Notes under the pieces: model-generated
The model's database searches: none
What the model was told of the DNA's origin: nothing
Seen by the model: only the letters and a program-made list of their open reading frames with translations
NCBI GenBank assembly: GCA_021432655.1
Contig: MU271576.1
Span: 1 to 42,549 of the forward strand
Direction of reading: 5' to 3'
Source: Atractiella rhizophila
Taxonomy: Eukaryota
Length of the DNA: 42,549 bases
Translations under genes and position numbers: made by a program
In this document: one piece after another, positions 1-10,610 of the stretch
Position numbering within the stretch: the stretch's first letter is position 1
Layout: the number at the start of each line of letters is the position of its first letter

Positions 1-2540
1 AAATGTTTCACGGCTTCCACATTCTGCCCGCAATTCTGCTTAATTACCCCAATGACACTAATACAGTTGGCTTGACCATGCATATCTTCTGTTAGCAGAT
101 ACAAATTCTTCGCCTCCTCGAAATTTCTCAGTGCTTTCTCATTGCGTCCGCAACGCTGATGGATCGTCCCAATAATAAAAATGCAGTTGGCTTGGCCATG
201 CGTGTCGCCCACCAGCATATACAAGTTCTTTGCCTCCTCGAAACATTTCAGCTCTTCCTCATGCCGCCTGAGATTCTGCTTGATCTCCCCCATTCGGAGA
301 AGACAGTGGGCTTGGGCGAGCGGATCTTCTAGCAGGAGATACAAATTCTTCAACTCCACAAAATGTTTCAGTGCTTCCTCATTCCGTCCGAGACGCCGCT
401 CGATCTCCCCCATGCGGCGAAGACAGTAGGCTTTGGTATCCCTATCTTCTGGCAGCAGATACAAATACTGTGCGTTCTCGAAATGTTTCAATGCTTCTTC
501 ATTCTGTCCGAGATGCTCCTCGATCTCCCCCATGCGGTGAAGACAGTAGGCTTCAGCATGCTTATCTTCTGTCAGCAGATACAGATCCCGTGCCATCTTA
601 AATTGTTCCAGTGCTTCTTTATTCCGTCTGAGGTGAAACTCCACCTCCCCCATGCGGAGAAGACAGTTGGCTTGAGCATCCCTATCTTCAGTCAGCATGG
701 ACAGATCCTGTGCTTCTTGGAAATGTTTCAGCGCTTCTTCGTTCCGCCCGAGATGACGCTCGATCTCACCCATGCGGAGAAGACAGAACGATTGGGCGTC
801 GGGCGTATCTTCTAAGTTCTTGGCTTCCTCGAAATGTTTCAGCGCTTCCTCATTCCGTCCGATATGCCGCTCGATCTGCCCCATGCAGTGAAGACAGCAG
901 GCTACTGTGTGCCTATCTTCCAGCCGCAGAAACAAGTTCTTCGCCTCCTCGATATGTTTCAGCGCTTCCTCATTCCGTCCGAGATGCTCCTCGATCTCCC
1001 ACATGCAGAGAACACAGATGGTTTGAGCATGTGTATCTTCTACCAACAGATACAAGTTCTTCGCCTCCTCGAAATGTTTCAGTGCTTCCTCATTCCGTCG
1101 GAGATGCTGCTCAATCTCCCCCATGCCACGAAGACAGTGGGCCTTCGTAAGCATATCTTCTACCAGCAGATACAAGTTTTTCGCCTCCTCGAAATGTTTC
1201 AGCGCTTCCTCATTCCGTCCGAGATGCTGCTCGATCTCCCCCATGCGGTGAAGACAACGGGCTTGATGCTCCCTATCTTCTGTCAGCAGATATAAGTTCT
1301 TCGCCTCCTTGAAATGTGTCAGCGCTTCCTCATTCAATCCAAGATGGTGCTTGATCTCCCCCAGGTGGCAAACACAGTAGGCTTGTGCATGCCTATCTTC
1401 CCTCAGCAGGTACAGACCCTGTGCCTCCTCAAAATGTTTCAGCGCTTCCTCATTCCGCCCAAGATGCTGCTCAATCTCGCCCATACAGCGAAGGCAGCAG
1501 GCCTGGGCATGCCTATCTTCTGTCAGCACATACAGATTCTGTGCCTCCTCAAAGTGTCTTATTGATTCCTCATTCCGTCCGAGGTGCTGCCTGATCTCCC
1601 CCATGTGGCGAAGACACTTGGCTTGGTTGCATGTATCTTCCAGAAGCAGATACAAGTTCTTTGCCTGCTCGAAATGATTCAGTGCTTCCTCCTTCTGTCC
1701 GAGACGCTCCTCGATCTCTCCAATGTGTCGAAGGCAGTGGGCTTGGCCGTGTGGATATTCCAAAGACAGATACAGCTCCCTCGCCTCCTTGAAAATTTTC
1801 AGTGCTTCCTCATTCTGTTGAAGGCGCTTCGCAATTTCTCCTCTGCCGACAATGCAGCTGGCTTGACCCTGCCTAGATTCCACCAACAGATACAGCTCCT
1901 CCGCCTCATCAAAATATTTCAGCGCTTCCTCATTCCGTCCAAGATCTTGCTCAATGGTCCCCATGCTATAAAGGCAGTGAGCTTGGCCCACACGCCACTC
2001 CGTCAGCATATACAACTTTTTTGCATCCTTAAAATGCTTCCGCGCTTCCTCGTTCTTTCCGCGAGCCGTCTCAACATCCCCAATGGTATGTGAGCAATGA
2101 GCTACGCCCAGCCACCATTCTTCTAGCATAAATAGTTTCTTTGCCTGCTCAAAATTTTCTAGCGCTACCTCATACCGTCTGCATGAATTTTCGATGCGGC
2201 CTATTGCAAAAATGCAATGAGCTTGGCCAAGCCGACTTCCTGCCAGCAAATAGAGCTTCTTCGCCTTCTCAAAATTTTCCAGTGCCTCTTTGTGCCGTCC
2301 ACGATGCAGCTCGATTGTCCCAATGCTAAACATGCAGTCACCTTGGCCCTGTCCATTTCCAAGAAGCAAATACAGCTCCATCGCCTCCAAAAAATGTTTT
2401 AGTGCTTTCTCATGCTGTCCCTGCTGATGGTTGAGCTGTCCCATCTCAACAAGGCAACTAGTTTGGCCGCTCCAATTATTCGCTAGCTGGTACAGCTGCA
2501 GGGCCTCCTCGAAATATTTCAGTGCTTGGTGCGGGGTCCC
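1..2540 (-). repeat. Coding tandem array of 120-bp (40-aa) TPR units, at least 21 copies
   Basis: The anchor aaatgtttcagcgcttcctcattccgtcc (and variants) recurs at 1,121,...,721, then ~832,952,...,2512. Example unit: KHFEEAKNLYLLVEDTHAQTICVLCMWEIEEHLGRNEEAL. Confidence 0.97.
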
Positions 2541-5075
2541 CTTTTGTCCACACACCTTCGCTAGAACAGTGGTCAGTTGGGGAGTAGATGTTTTTGGAGG
2601 GGAAATAGATTTTGTGATGGACCAAGCATGTTGGACTAACTTGATTGAGAGAAGGCTTTGGAGGTGTATAAAGTCCCCAGTTTCCGCTAGAAAATCGATC
2701 ACCGTCATGTGGTCACACAGATGTGTCAAAGCAGCCAATAGAACATGTTCCAGGTTTGGATAATCATTCCGCAGAGAGAACAGGTGTATGTGTTCACCAT
2801 CAACTTGGAATCGTTGAATATTTTCCTGAGCTTTGTCAACAAGACCCTCAGTTAGAGGCTCAAGTGATGAGGTGATGGTCTGGAAGGGAAGATTCGAACG
2901 CAGGACCATACGATTGATGCGTTCTCGAATCGGTGCAAGCATGCGCAGACGTGTCCCGTTTGTCGTGACATCATTCATTCTTTCTGCAAGCCCAACAAAC
3001 AAAATCCTGTGGATGATCTGGAAAAGCTTGTCAACAGCAGGAAGACTGGACTTGTCCGTAATGGCTTTAATATCATCGTCGAGAAGCCCGTCAGGTGTCC
3101 AGGATAGGAGAGCCAGGATAAACATGCTCAGTTCCTCATGTATTTTCAGAGCAGGCGAACTGAGCGAAAACGATATCGATGTGGCGAGAGTTGGGGTCTC
3201 TTCACTGTCGACATCGTAGAGCACGTCTGATTTCCTCTCCTCCCATTCTTTTGCCAGGGTTGGGATACTCTTCGTTGATTCTTCGTTGGCACGAAGAACA
3301 AAGAGCTTGATAGACAAGACGTGATGATCCAGCGTGGCGAAAATAGTCTTGAGCTGCTGTTGGGCACAATCTTCTCCCACATATGCGTGCTTGAAAAAGT
3401 CCAGCGCGGCAGAGTCGCTTAGGCCACCGATCATTAGCTGCTGAAATCTCAGACCTTGGACATTCACTCGATATATTTGATGACCTCGATGTACCACCAT
3501 GAGAATGGAATTCGAGGTATGGTCGGCAGAGAGAAGCGTTTGAAAGAATTCCTGCAGGTTCTCCTTGTCCCACTCCGCGGGGGTCTCGAAATTGTCCAGG
3601 ATAAGGAAACATGTGTTACGGTTGAAATATCGTGCGACAGCAGCGAGTTCGTTTCCATAGGCTGAGGCACTATTCCAAAAACTTGCCTGCAAAGGTTCGT
3701 CGACAGTGAGGAAAATGTCGAGAAAGCGTCACATCGTGCCCAAAACCGGAAGTCTTCCTCAGTACCATCCATAGTAGTTGTGAATGCACGCTTGACTTGC
3801 TTGTCATGCAGGACTTGTCGAGCCACAGTAGACTTTCCGCTGCCAGCGCCACCGATGATCGCAAGATGCTTCCTCTCAGTGAGGATGCACTTGACCGCCT
3901 CCTGAACTTCATCATCTCTTCCATAACAAGCTCCTGGAGGAGGTAATGGAAGTTTCCTGTGCACTGCAATCCGTTCCTTATAACCTGGACCGGGAAGTAA
4001 GCATGAAACCAGCAATCATGCAATCATGGAGAATACCTTGCACGAGCGACCTAGTTGCAGAGGAGACTTCATGTTTCATTGCTTCCATGTAAGCCTTCGT
4101 CCAGCCTATAACATCATTCTTCTGCTCCCATGCCTCCCATTTGAAGTCTCCAAATGTATCAACCGAAAAACGATGATAGCAATGACCCATCTCACGATCC
4201 TGCATCTTCACCTTCACGCCATTCGAAATGTTGGAGCAATCATCGACTATCGCCTTCAGCGCTTCATCGACATCATCTCGTGTGCGTGTGCCGCCCAACT
4301 TAACAGCCCGTGCAACTCCTGGACCGAGAGACACAAGACAGGCAATCTCACTCCTAGGTCCCCAAATTCGCCTGGCTTCGTCAACGGCTACCGATGTAGG
4401 GTTGTTGACACTGAGCTGAATGTAACTGGTGGAATCTTCATTCATGGGAGGAAAGAAAGGGGGACGGGCAGAGGTGGCCCTTGCAGCTTGCCAGACGAAA
4501 TATGGGGAAGCGGATCTCGAGGCAGCTCCAGCATCACGAATGTCGTAGGTGCGCATCTCCGTGGAAACGACAACGGTAGCTTGATAGGTAGAGAGGACGA
4601 ACGTCCTGCACCTGTCCTTCAGGGATGGGTCCTTCATAGGAAGGGGCAACGTAGGATCTTCAGGCGGTGGCGTGTGTCGCTGGATGATAGAGATCAAAGT
4701 CTCTTCGAGCTTCGTCGCTGAGAACAAGTACTCGCCACCGGGGTTCGAATCCTCCGCTAGAAAGCCTTTTTGCGCGATCTCTTCGTATGCCGCAATGCAC
4801 TGACGAACTGTCATCCCCAGCCTGCCGAGCATCAGTGCGATCCACCCCCCAGTAGAAGTCCCACAAATGAGATCGAAGACATCGCAAGGTCGAAGTTCTT
4901 CGCCTTTCGGTACGTTGAGAAGCTCTGCTGCTTGGAGCATGATAGGTTCGAGCATGTACGGCGCTGAGAAGCTGCCGACACCTCCATTGTCAATGGAAAG
5001 AATCCGCAGTCCCAGCGAATTCGGTTTCTGGATCTGCTCAGGAACCTTGAACACCTTGATGGGATTCGCAGTCAT
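1..5075 (-). CDS. Fungal NLR-like STAND protein: patatin-like domain + NB-ARC-type NTPase + TPR array; 3' end outside the window; frameshift near 3655-3690 (possible pseudogene or sequence error)
   Basis: Exon 5075-4037 has patatin motifs (ILSIDNGG, GTSTGG, WQAARATSA..FFPP). GT-AG intron 4036-3985 joins in frame to YGRDDEV, Walker A GGAGSGKS and FWARCDAF. Walker B FLILDNFETP (~3580-3608) and RMLAPIRE lie in another frame, which continues into 40-aa TPRs and appears open to base 1. Confidence 0.93.
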
Positions 5076-6235
5076 ATAGGTCAGAGTAAGTGGCTGGATT
5101 GGGATGAATGTTCAATAACGGGGACGGTGGTGCCTGTCGTGGTAGGTTAAGGAAGAAGAAACCTCCTGGGGTTGGTGCAATGTAACGCTAGTGCTATCTG
5201 CTTTGATCTGTGCATTCGTTCAGTCCAATATAAATCACTTTGTCCTCTGGTTTAAATCAAGAGCGCATCATAATCTCAACCTCGTCAATCGAGGAGCTTT
5301 TGTGACTTAGTTCAGTTGCTTTTGTGCCATCAAAAATGGCATTGCATCCTCCCCTGAACTGATCTGCATTCAAAGCTCTCCGCCCTGTCAAATAAACAGG
5401 TCTTTTTGAACCGCGTACGTGCGTGCGGTCTAGAAGCAGATCAACTGAAAACGCCAAATCGGGAGTGCTCCTTCTCGATTTTTGAAGAGCCGTGTTAAGA
5501 CAACGATGAAGCCACATCGTTATCATTTCTACAAAACTTCCCGCCGCGAAACCAGATGAAAGAAGCAAATACTCACCTCAATAAGAAATCTCACCTTTCG
5601 GTGCTATCCAACTCAGATGCAACACTCGCTCAATGTTACAATATTGCAAATAGTTTTTTTCCAATTTTCCGATTCCTTGAGACGGCTCGGATTCTCTCGA
5701 TGTGGACTCAGCAACTAAATACGTGCCTCCCGAAGAAACGATACGAAATCCAGCCTTTCAGCACTCTCCAACAGACTGACAGTCGCTCGATGCCGGTGAT
5801 ATTCAGATATCTTGCTCCAAATTTTCCGACTCCTTGAGGTGCCTTGGTTTCTCAGTTGGATCCTTGAGGATGGGCTAGTCGCGTCGCGTTAATTGGTGTT
5901 CAAACGTCCACGACAGACCCTAAGTACGATATTCCCAAGTCCCAAGGCATCATTTAGGGTTCCCATCATCATGTGACTATGCGCAACCCGCGCAAGCGCA
6001 GAGCACTTTCCCGGCAAACTGGTCGCCCCGAGGGTTTTGCGCCTCAGTTGGACGTCCACCAGTTTTGGACCAGTTTTAAACGCCGACGGACGCTGACCCT
6101 CTCTGCTAGCATCAGGAAGGCAGTCAGGAAGGCAACGGCAACTTTCATAAGGGACGAGTCGCACACCGAGCCTGAGCCAGCATCTTCCAGCTGCAGCGAA
6201 TGTTGCCCGTCCTGTAACAAAGCCCTACGTCTCTC

Positions 6236-7598
6236 ATGGCTGCACCTATGGATGAAGACATGGATGATGTCCAGGAAGGCAGCGAGCTTACACCCTCTGC
6301 CTCTGCCGACAGTTTGACGGTAAGAATTCATGGTGTGAACAAGGCTGGCCGCGAAATCGCTCTACTGAGTAGGTCCTTCGTCAATCATCAGATAACAATT
6401 TTGCTGACGAACTTCAGGTTGCCGCAAGATCTCCCTGGAGAGCGCCCTGACGTGGCTCGAAAATCTTTATTTTCTCCCTCAACAACACTGACTGACTAAC
6501 TGCCAGCTCCGGTGGTTCAAAGAAGACATAGAGTGTAGCAAGATTGTGGAATACGGAACAGACCTAGATGGAGACTACGTTGTTGTAAATGAACACAGTG
6601 AGGATCTTTATTTCTAGAAGGTTGTAGGCTTGACGATTTCCACGACTGGAGACGTTACCCTCGTTGCTTTGTGCGACATGTCGGATCGCTTTAATCGTTC
6701 TCAAACTGCCTCAGGCTCTGGCACACCCCGAACTCCTGCAAGCGAGCAGGGTACAGTCAAGATCAAGGAGCTACGCGTACGTGATGAGAGTTCATTACAT
6801 CGCTGGATTAAGGTGCCAAAAAAGGACAAAAGCGCCAAAGGACGGTTCATCGTACGAGACGGTGGGTGCGTCATGTGTCAACATGAACATCCGAAGGGGA
6901 CGGGGGCAACCTATAATCCCAAGTTGTCTGCGGCAGTTCACCACACCCATGTAATCCCTATCAGCAAATGGAGTCTGGTCCGTGCAATTTCCCCTTGGAA
7001 ATATTGAGCTGACTTGCTTGTAGTTTGTACGACTCACCAGCGACGTCAACCTTCAAGACCTAGAGCTCCGTAAACCGTCTGAGCCCAAACTAGAGCTGAA
7101 GCGGAGGATAAATTCACTCGACAATGGAATGCTGCTCTGCGGACTGCATCACAGTTTGTTCGATTCCTTCGTTATTTCTATCACCCCGGCAAGTTTTTCC
7201 TGACCGCTACAAGTCCGAACTCAATTGACATCCATTTAGGAGCTTCGATTTTTCTCCTTCTCCTCGGCCACTGATAGGCTCCATGGCATACCTGTGAAGT
7301 TCGACGGAACCCCACCGCCTCATATTGAGTTATTGAAGATTCACTTCACCAGCGCAGCATACCACAACATGGTCGCAAGTGGAAAGAAAGCGGCAGATAC
7401 CGTTTCGGATGACGAAGAGACTCTGCTGATGAGGCCCGAAGAGCTCATAGAACAAATGGATACTGCCCTGCTCCTCAACGAAGCTAGCTCAAAACTTGCT
7501 GTATTGGAAATGGTTTGTTCGCCTCAATCTCTTCTGTTGATCTCTGACAGTAATTAACGCAGGCTCCGCCAAATGTGTCACCAGCGTCAGTTATATAG
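6236..7598 (+). CDS. HNH endonuclease-domain protein (fungal HNH_2-type), multi-exon
   Basis: Spliced translation gives RDGGCVMC...HTHVIP...INSLDNGMLLCGLHHSLFDSFVISITP...PPPHIELLKIHF, the RDxxC / HIIP / NGxLLxxxxHxxFD pattern. Short introns with branch points; stop TAG at 7596-7598. 5' exon boundaries are uncertain. Confidence 0.82.
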
Positions 7599-8005
7599 GG
7601 TTGTGCTGCTTTGAACCCTCCTGCTTCATGCACCCACGCCTTTCCTTTCTGCTTCCTACATCCTTCTCAGTATAGCGAAGAGCTGACTCATAATCAGGAA
7701 GGTGGAAGAGTGGTGACGATTGAGCCAAGCAATTCTTGAAGGTCTTTTGATTTTGCACACACGATAATAACTAGTGATCAAACGGGCAGGCAGAGAGTCA
7801 ATCCGGTCTAATCAGTGAGATCTAACATGCGGCGATGGACTTGGAGCAAGATGTCACTATTAGCCAATATACAATAAATGTACACGTAGATAATACTATG
7901 TACGAGAAACTCTTGACTAATTGAAGGTGAAACCACCAGGCAGATAAGGTCTAACAGAAAAAGCAAATGTTAAAAGAGACCCTCAAGAATTACACCCTGG
8001 CTGGG

Positions 8006-10534
8006 TTATAACGCTACCGACTTCGAAAGTCTAGCTCCTTTTGATATTTCTCCCTCCGCCTCCTCAATCACTCCTTCCAGCACAGCCTCATAAACGCTCG
8101 CATATTGCCTTAAGTTCGCAACCATGCTCATTCGTTGCTCGCGTAGATATTCCACCCTATCCACGATGGCAAGTGGCTTCTCGTCTGCTACCCCAAAGCT
8201 GCGGGAAGTATCCGTCAACGGAGCTGCAAGGGACGGAGGGAGATGCCGTTTCCCAAGTGAGATGGACCGGGACAGAGAGGCGAGGTTGGTATTGTTCCGG
8301 CTGATGGGAGAGGTGGAATTGACATCAATGGGGTTAGCCGACAGGGGAGAGAGGGAGGAGTGCCGTTGTATGCGTAGAGAAGACAGAATGGAATCGATCA
8401 CGATGAAGCTGCCCGTACGTCCAACTCCAGCTGCACAATGCACTAAGATGGGTCCGGGCTTTGACGGCGCGATGTCTGAAGCGTAGTCTTGTTGTAACTT
8501 GTTCACCACCTATTCCTCCATCAGCGGGAGAAGGCAGGAGCAAAGAGGAAGCGAACCTTGACTAGCTCGACGATATTCTTCGGATTCGGGGGTACATCGA
8601 AATCTGGCCAATCAGTATACTGCAGGTGTCTGACGCGTCTCTCCCCTCGCTCTCCCGCCTTTGTCAGTGTCAGCTCTTTCACTATTGTGCTTTCTTTCTT
8701 CTCATCGGCAACATTGAACCCAAAGTAACCGCTCAACCTGTTTTCTTCTTTCTCGCTCCCTCGCTCCTTGGCGCCCCCAACAGCCTCGATACTGTATTGC
8801 CCATACCGCCCTTCTACGAAATATCGCCCACACTTTTCCCTTCCTCCCTCAGAACATAAAGTGAGCATAACAATGACTCCGACATGCTCTTGCCAAATCA
8901 TTGACCAAAAGTCCTCAAACGTAACAGGCAGCGGTCCCTGCGTAGCGATGTAATCGTTCGCGGATCCCGGTATTCGTACGTGAGATGCATTGATGTAATC
9001 GCACCAGTGGTTAGGACTCATCCCTTCCGGCCTCGCCAACTTGACCCTCGAGTGCTCGTAAGGCCAAATATTCTTATACCGGTTTCTCTCTCCCAATTCG
9101 ACGCCAGCGGATATGCCAAACCGCTTGTATCGCTCCAAATCTTTCTCCTTCTCCATCGACAACGACGCGCTGCCTCCCGCTACGGTTGGGGCGATCCCTA
9201 CGATGCCATCCCCATACACTGGCCCGTCTGGGATGGGCGGAGCCACTTTCCCTAACGCACTTCCCCCACTTTCCCGCGTGTGCATCTCCATCACGCTGCG
9301 CAACCGCTCTTGCTCCGAACGCTCGATGGAGTAGAACTCGCGGGCGACGTGCTCCATTCGTTGGATCGGAGACAAGGAGAGGAGTGTGCGGAGGGAAGAG
9401 GGGAGGTACGGGAGTAGATGGGGCGGCGGAGTACGAAGATGTAGTGGTTGGAGGTTGGAGAGGATCGTTTGGAGAGAAAGATGCTGTGAACCAGATCAAT
9501 GTATCGCTTACGGGTGGAGAGAAATGATATACTTCATTGTCTTGTCGAATGTTGTCGAAAAATGCCGCCTTTCCCACATTTGTGCTCTTCATCGAACCGG
9601 AAGATGTCGAACTCATGGTGATTGATCCACCAAATCCATTCGACATTCCCAAGTTAAGTCGAAGCGAGCTCGATGATACGGACCGCTTGGTCTTGATGCT
9701 TCCTAGAGATGGCGTTGGCGATGCAGTACGACCTCCCAATCCACCAGCAGTAGTCACCCTTCGGGCAGCTATAGAGGACGGCGTCGACATTTGTACACCA
9801 GCAGAAACTAGAGGAGATGATGGGAGTGGAGGAAGGTCGAGGTGGTGAGGGATAGGTGCGGGGAAAGGAGACGATGGTGTATTTGCGGACGAAGCTGGGA
9901 GGGGGATCTGGGCTGGATCGGTCGTCTGATGCGACGGAGAGGGAGTGGCGGAGGAGAAACGGGAGACTGGAAGTTGTCTCAAATTTGAGTAAGACATCGA
10001 AAGAGGAGGTGTGACTTCCTCCTCATCCTCTTCTATGATGGTATCGTTGCTCTGTGTCGCTCCGTACGAGATCCAACTCGGCACTACTCCCGTCTTGCCG
10101 ATCAATAGTTGGACAGCCATCCATCCTCCTTCGACCCAGAACATGTCTCGTCCCCAATACCCCTCGCTCACTCCCCACTCACCCTGAGCGGTAAACTTCT
10201 CCAAGAGTCCCTGACAGATGGCTCTATCTCCTCTCTCATCTAAGACCAACACACCCCTCCATCCCTTCTGCGCTCCATCGACATCCATCCGATCAGCGGC
10301 TGCTCCAGCTGCCATCTCGACGACTTCGATCGGCAACTCCTCCAATACCTTTTTCAGAGGAAAGCTCTTCCTCTTGAGGAGTGTGGTTGGGAGTGGGAGG
10401 TTATACGAATACGGGGAGACATGGGGCGACGTCGGGGAGTAGAACTGGGTCGGCGCGCGCAAGTCGAGGACGAGGAAGGGATGGTCGTTGGAGAGGATCT
10501 GGGAGAGATAAGCTGGGGGGATAGCCTTAGCCAT
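8006..10534 (-). CDS. Protein tyrosine phosphatase with N-terminal rhodanese-like domain (Ptp2/Ptp3/Pyp1-like MAPK phosphatase)
   Basis: VLDLR...WVEGGW rhodanese-like segment; NRYKNIWPY, YIATQGP, WPDF, VHCAAGVGRTG and REQRMSMV. Introns 9532-9484 and 8556-8510 restore the frame. Start taken as the ATG of MAKAIPP (uncertain). Confidence 0.93.
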
Positions 10535-10610
10535 CTCCAACGCTACCGGTGGTTCAGGGCAGAAATGGTGGATGGTGGCGAGATGGAAATTTGTGGTCGT
10601 TTGGGCATGA

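Noticed and set aside
1..2540. Regular repeats resembling a CRISPR array
   Set aside because: Units are 120-bp in-frame coding repeats without unique spacers, in a eukaryotic context with no cas genes.
2561..2640. Intron-like gttagt...ctgac...ctag in the NLR
   Set aside because: The frame reads through it without stops, and removing it would break the frame.
181..3219. Many repetitive plus-strand ORFs (MFQRFLIPSEMLLDLPHA...)
   Set aside because: Antisense shadows of the minus-strand NLR/TPR frame, which the ORF track probably omits because it runs off the window edge.
3670..3686. 17-nt GC-AG segment (gcaagtttttggaatag) whose removal would fix the NLR frameshift
   Set aside because: Far shorter than the ~46-nt minimum seen here and without a branch point; revisit only if RNA-seq supports it.
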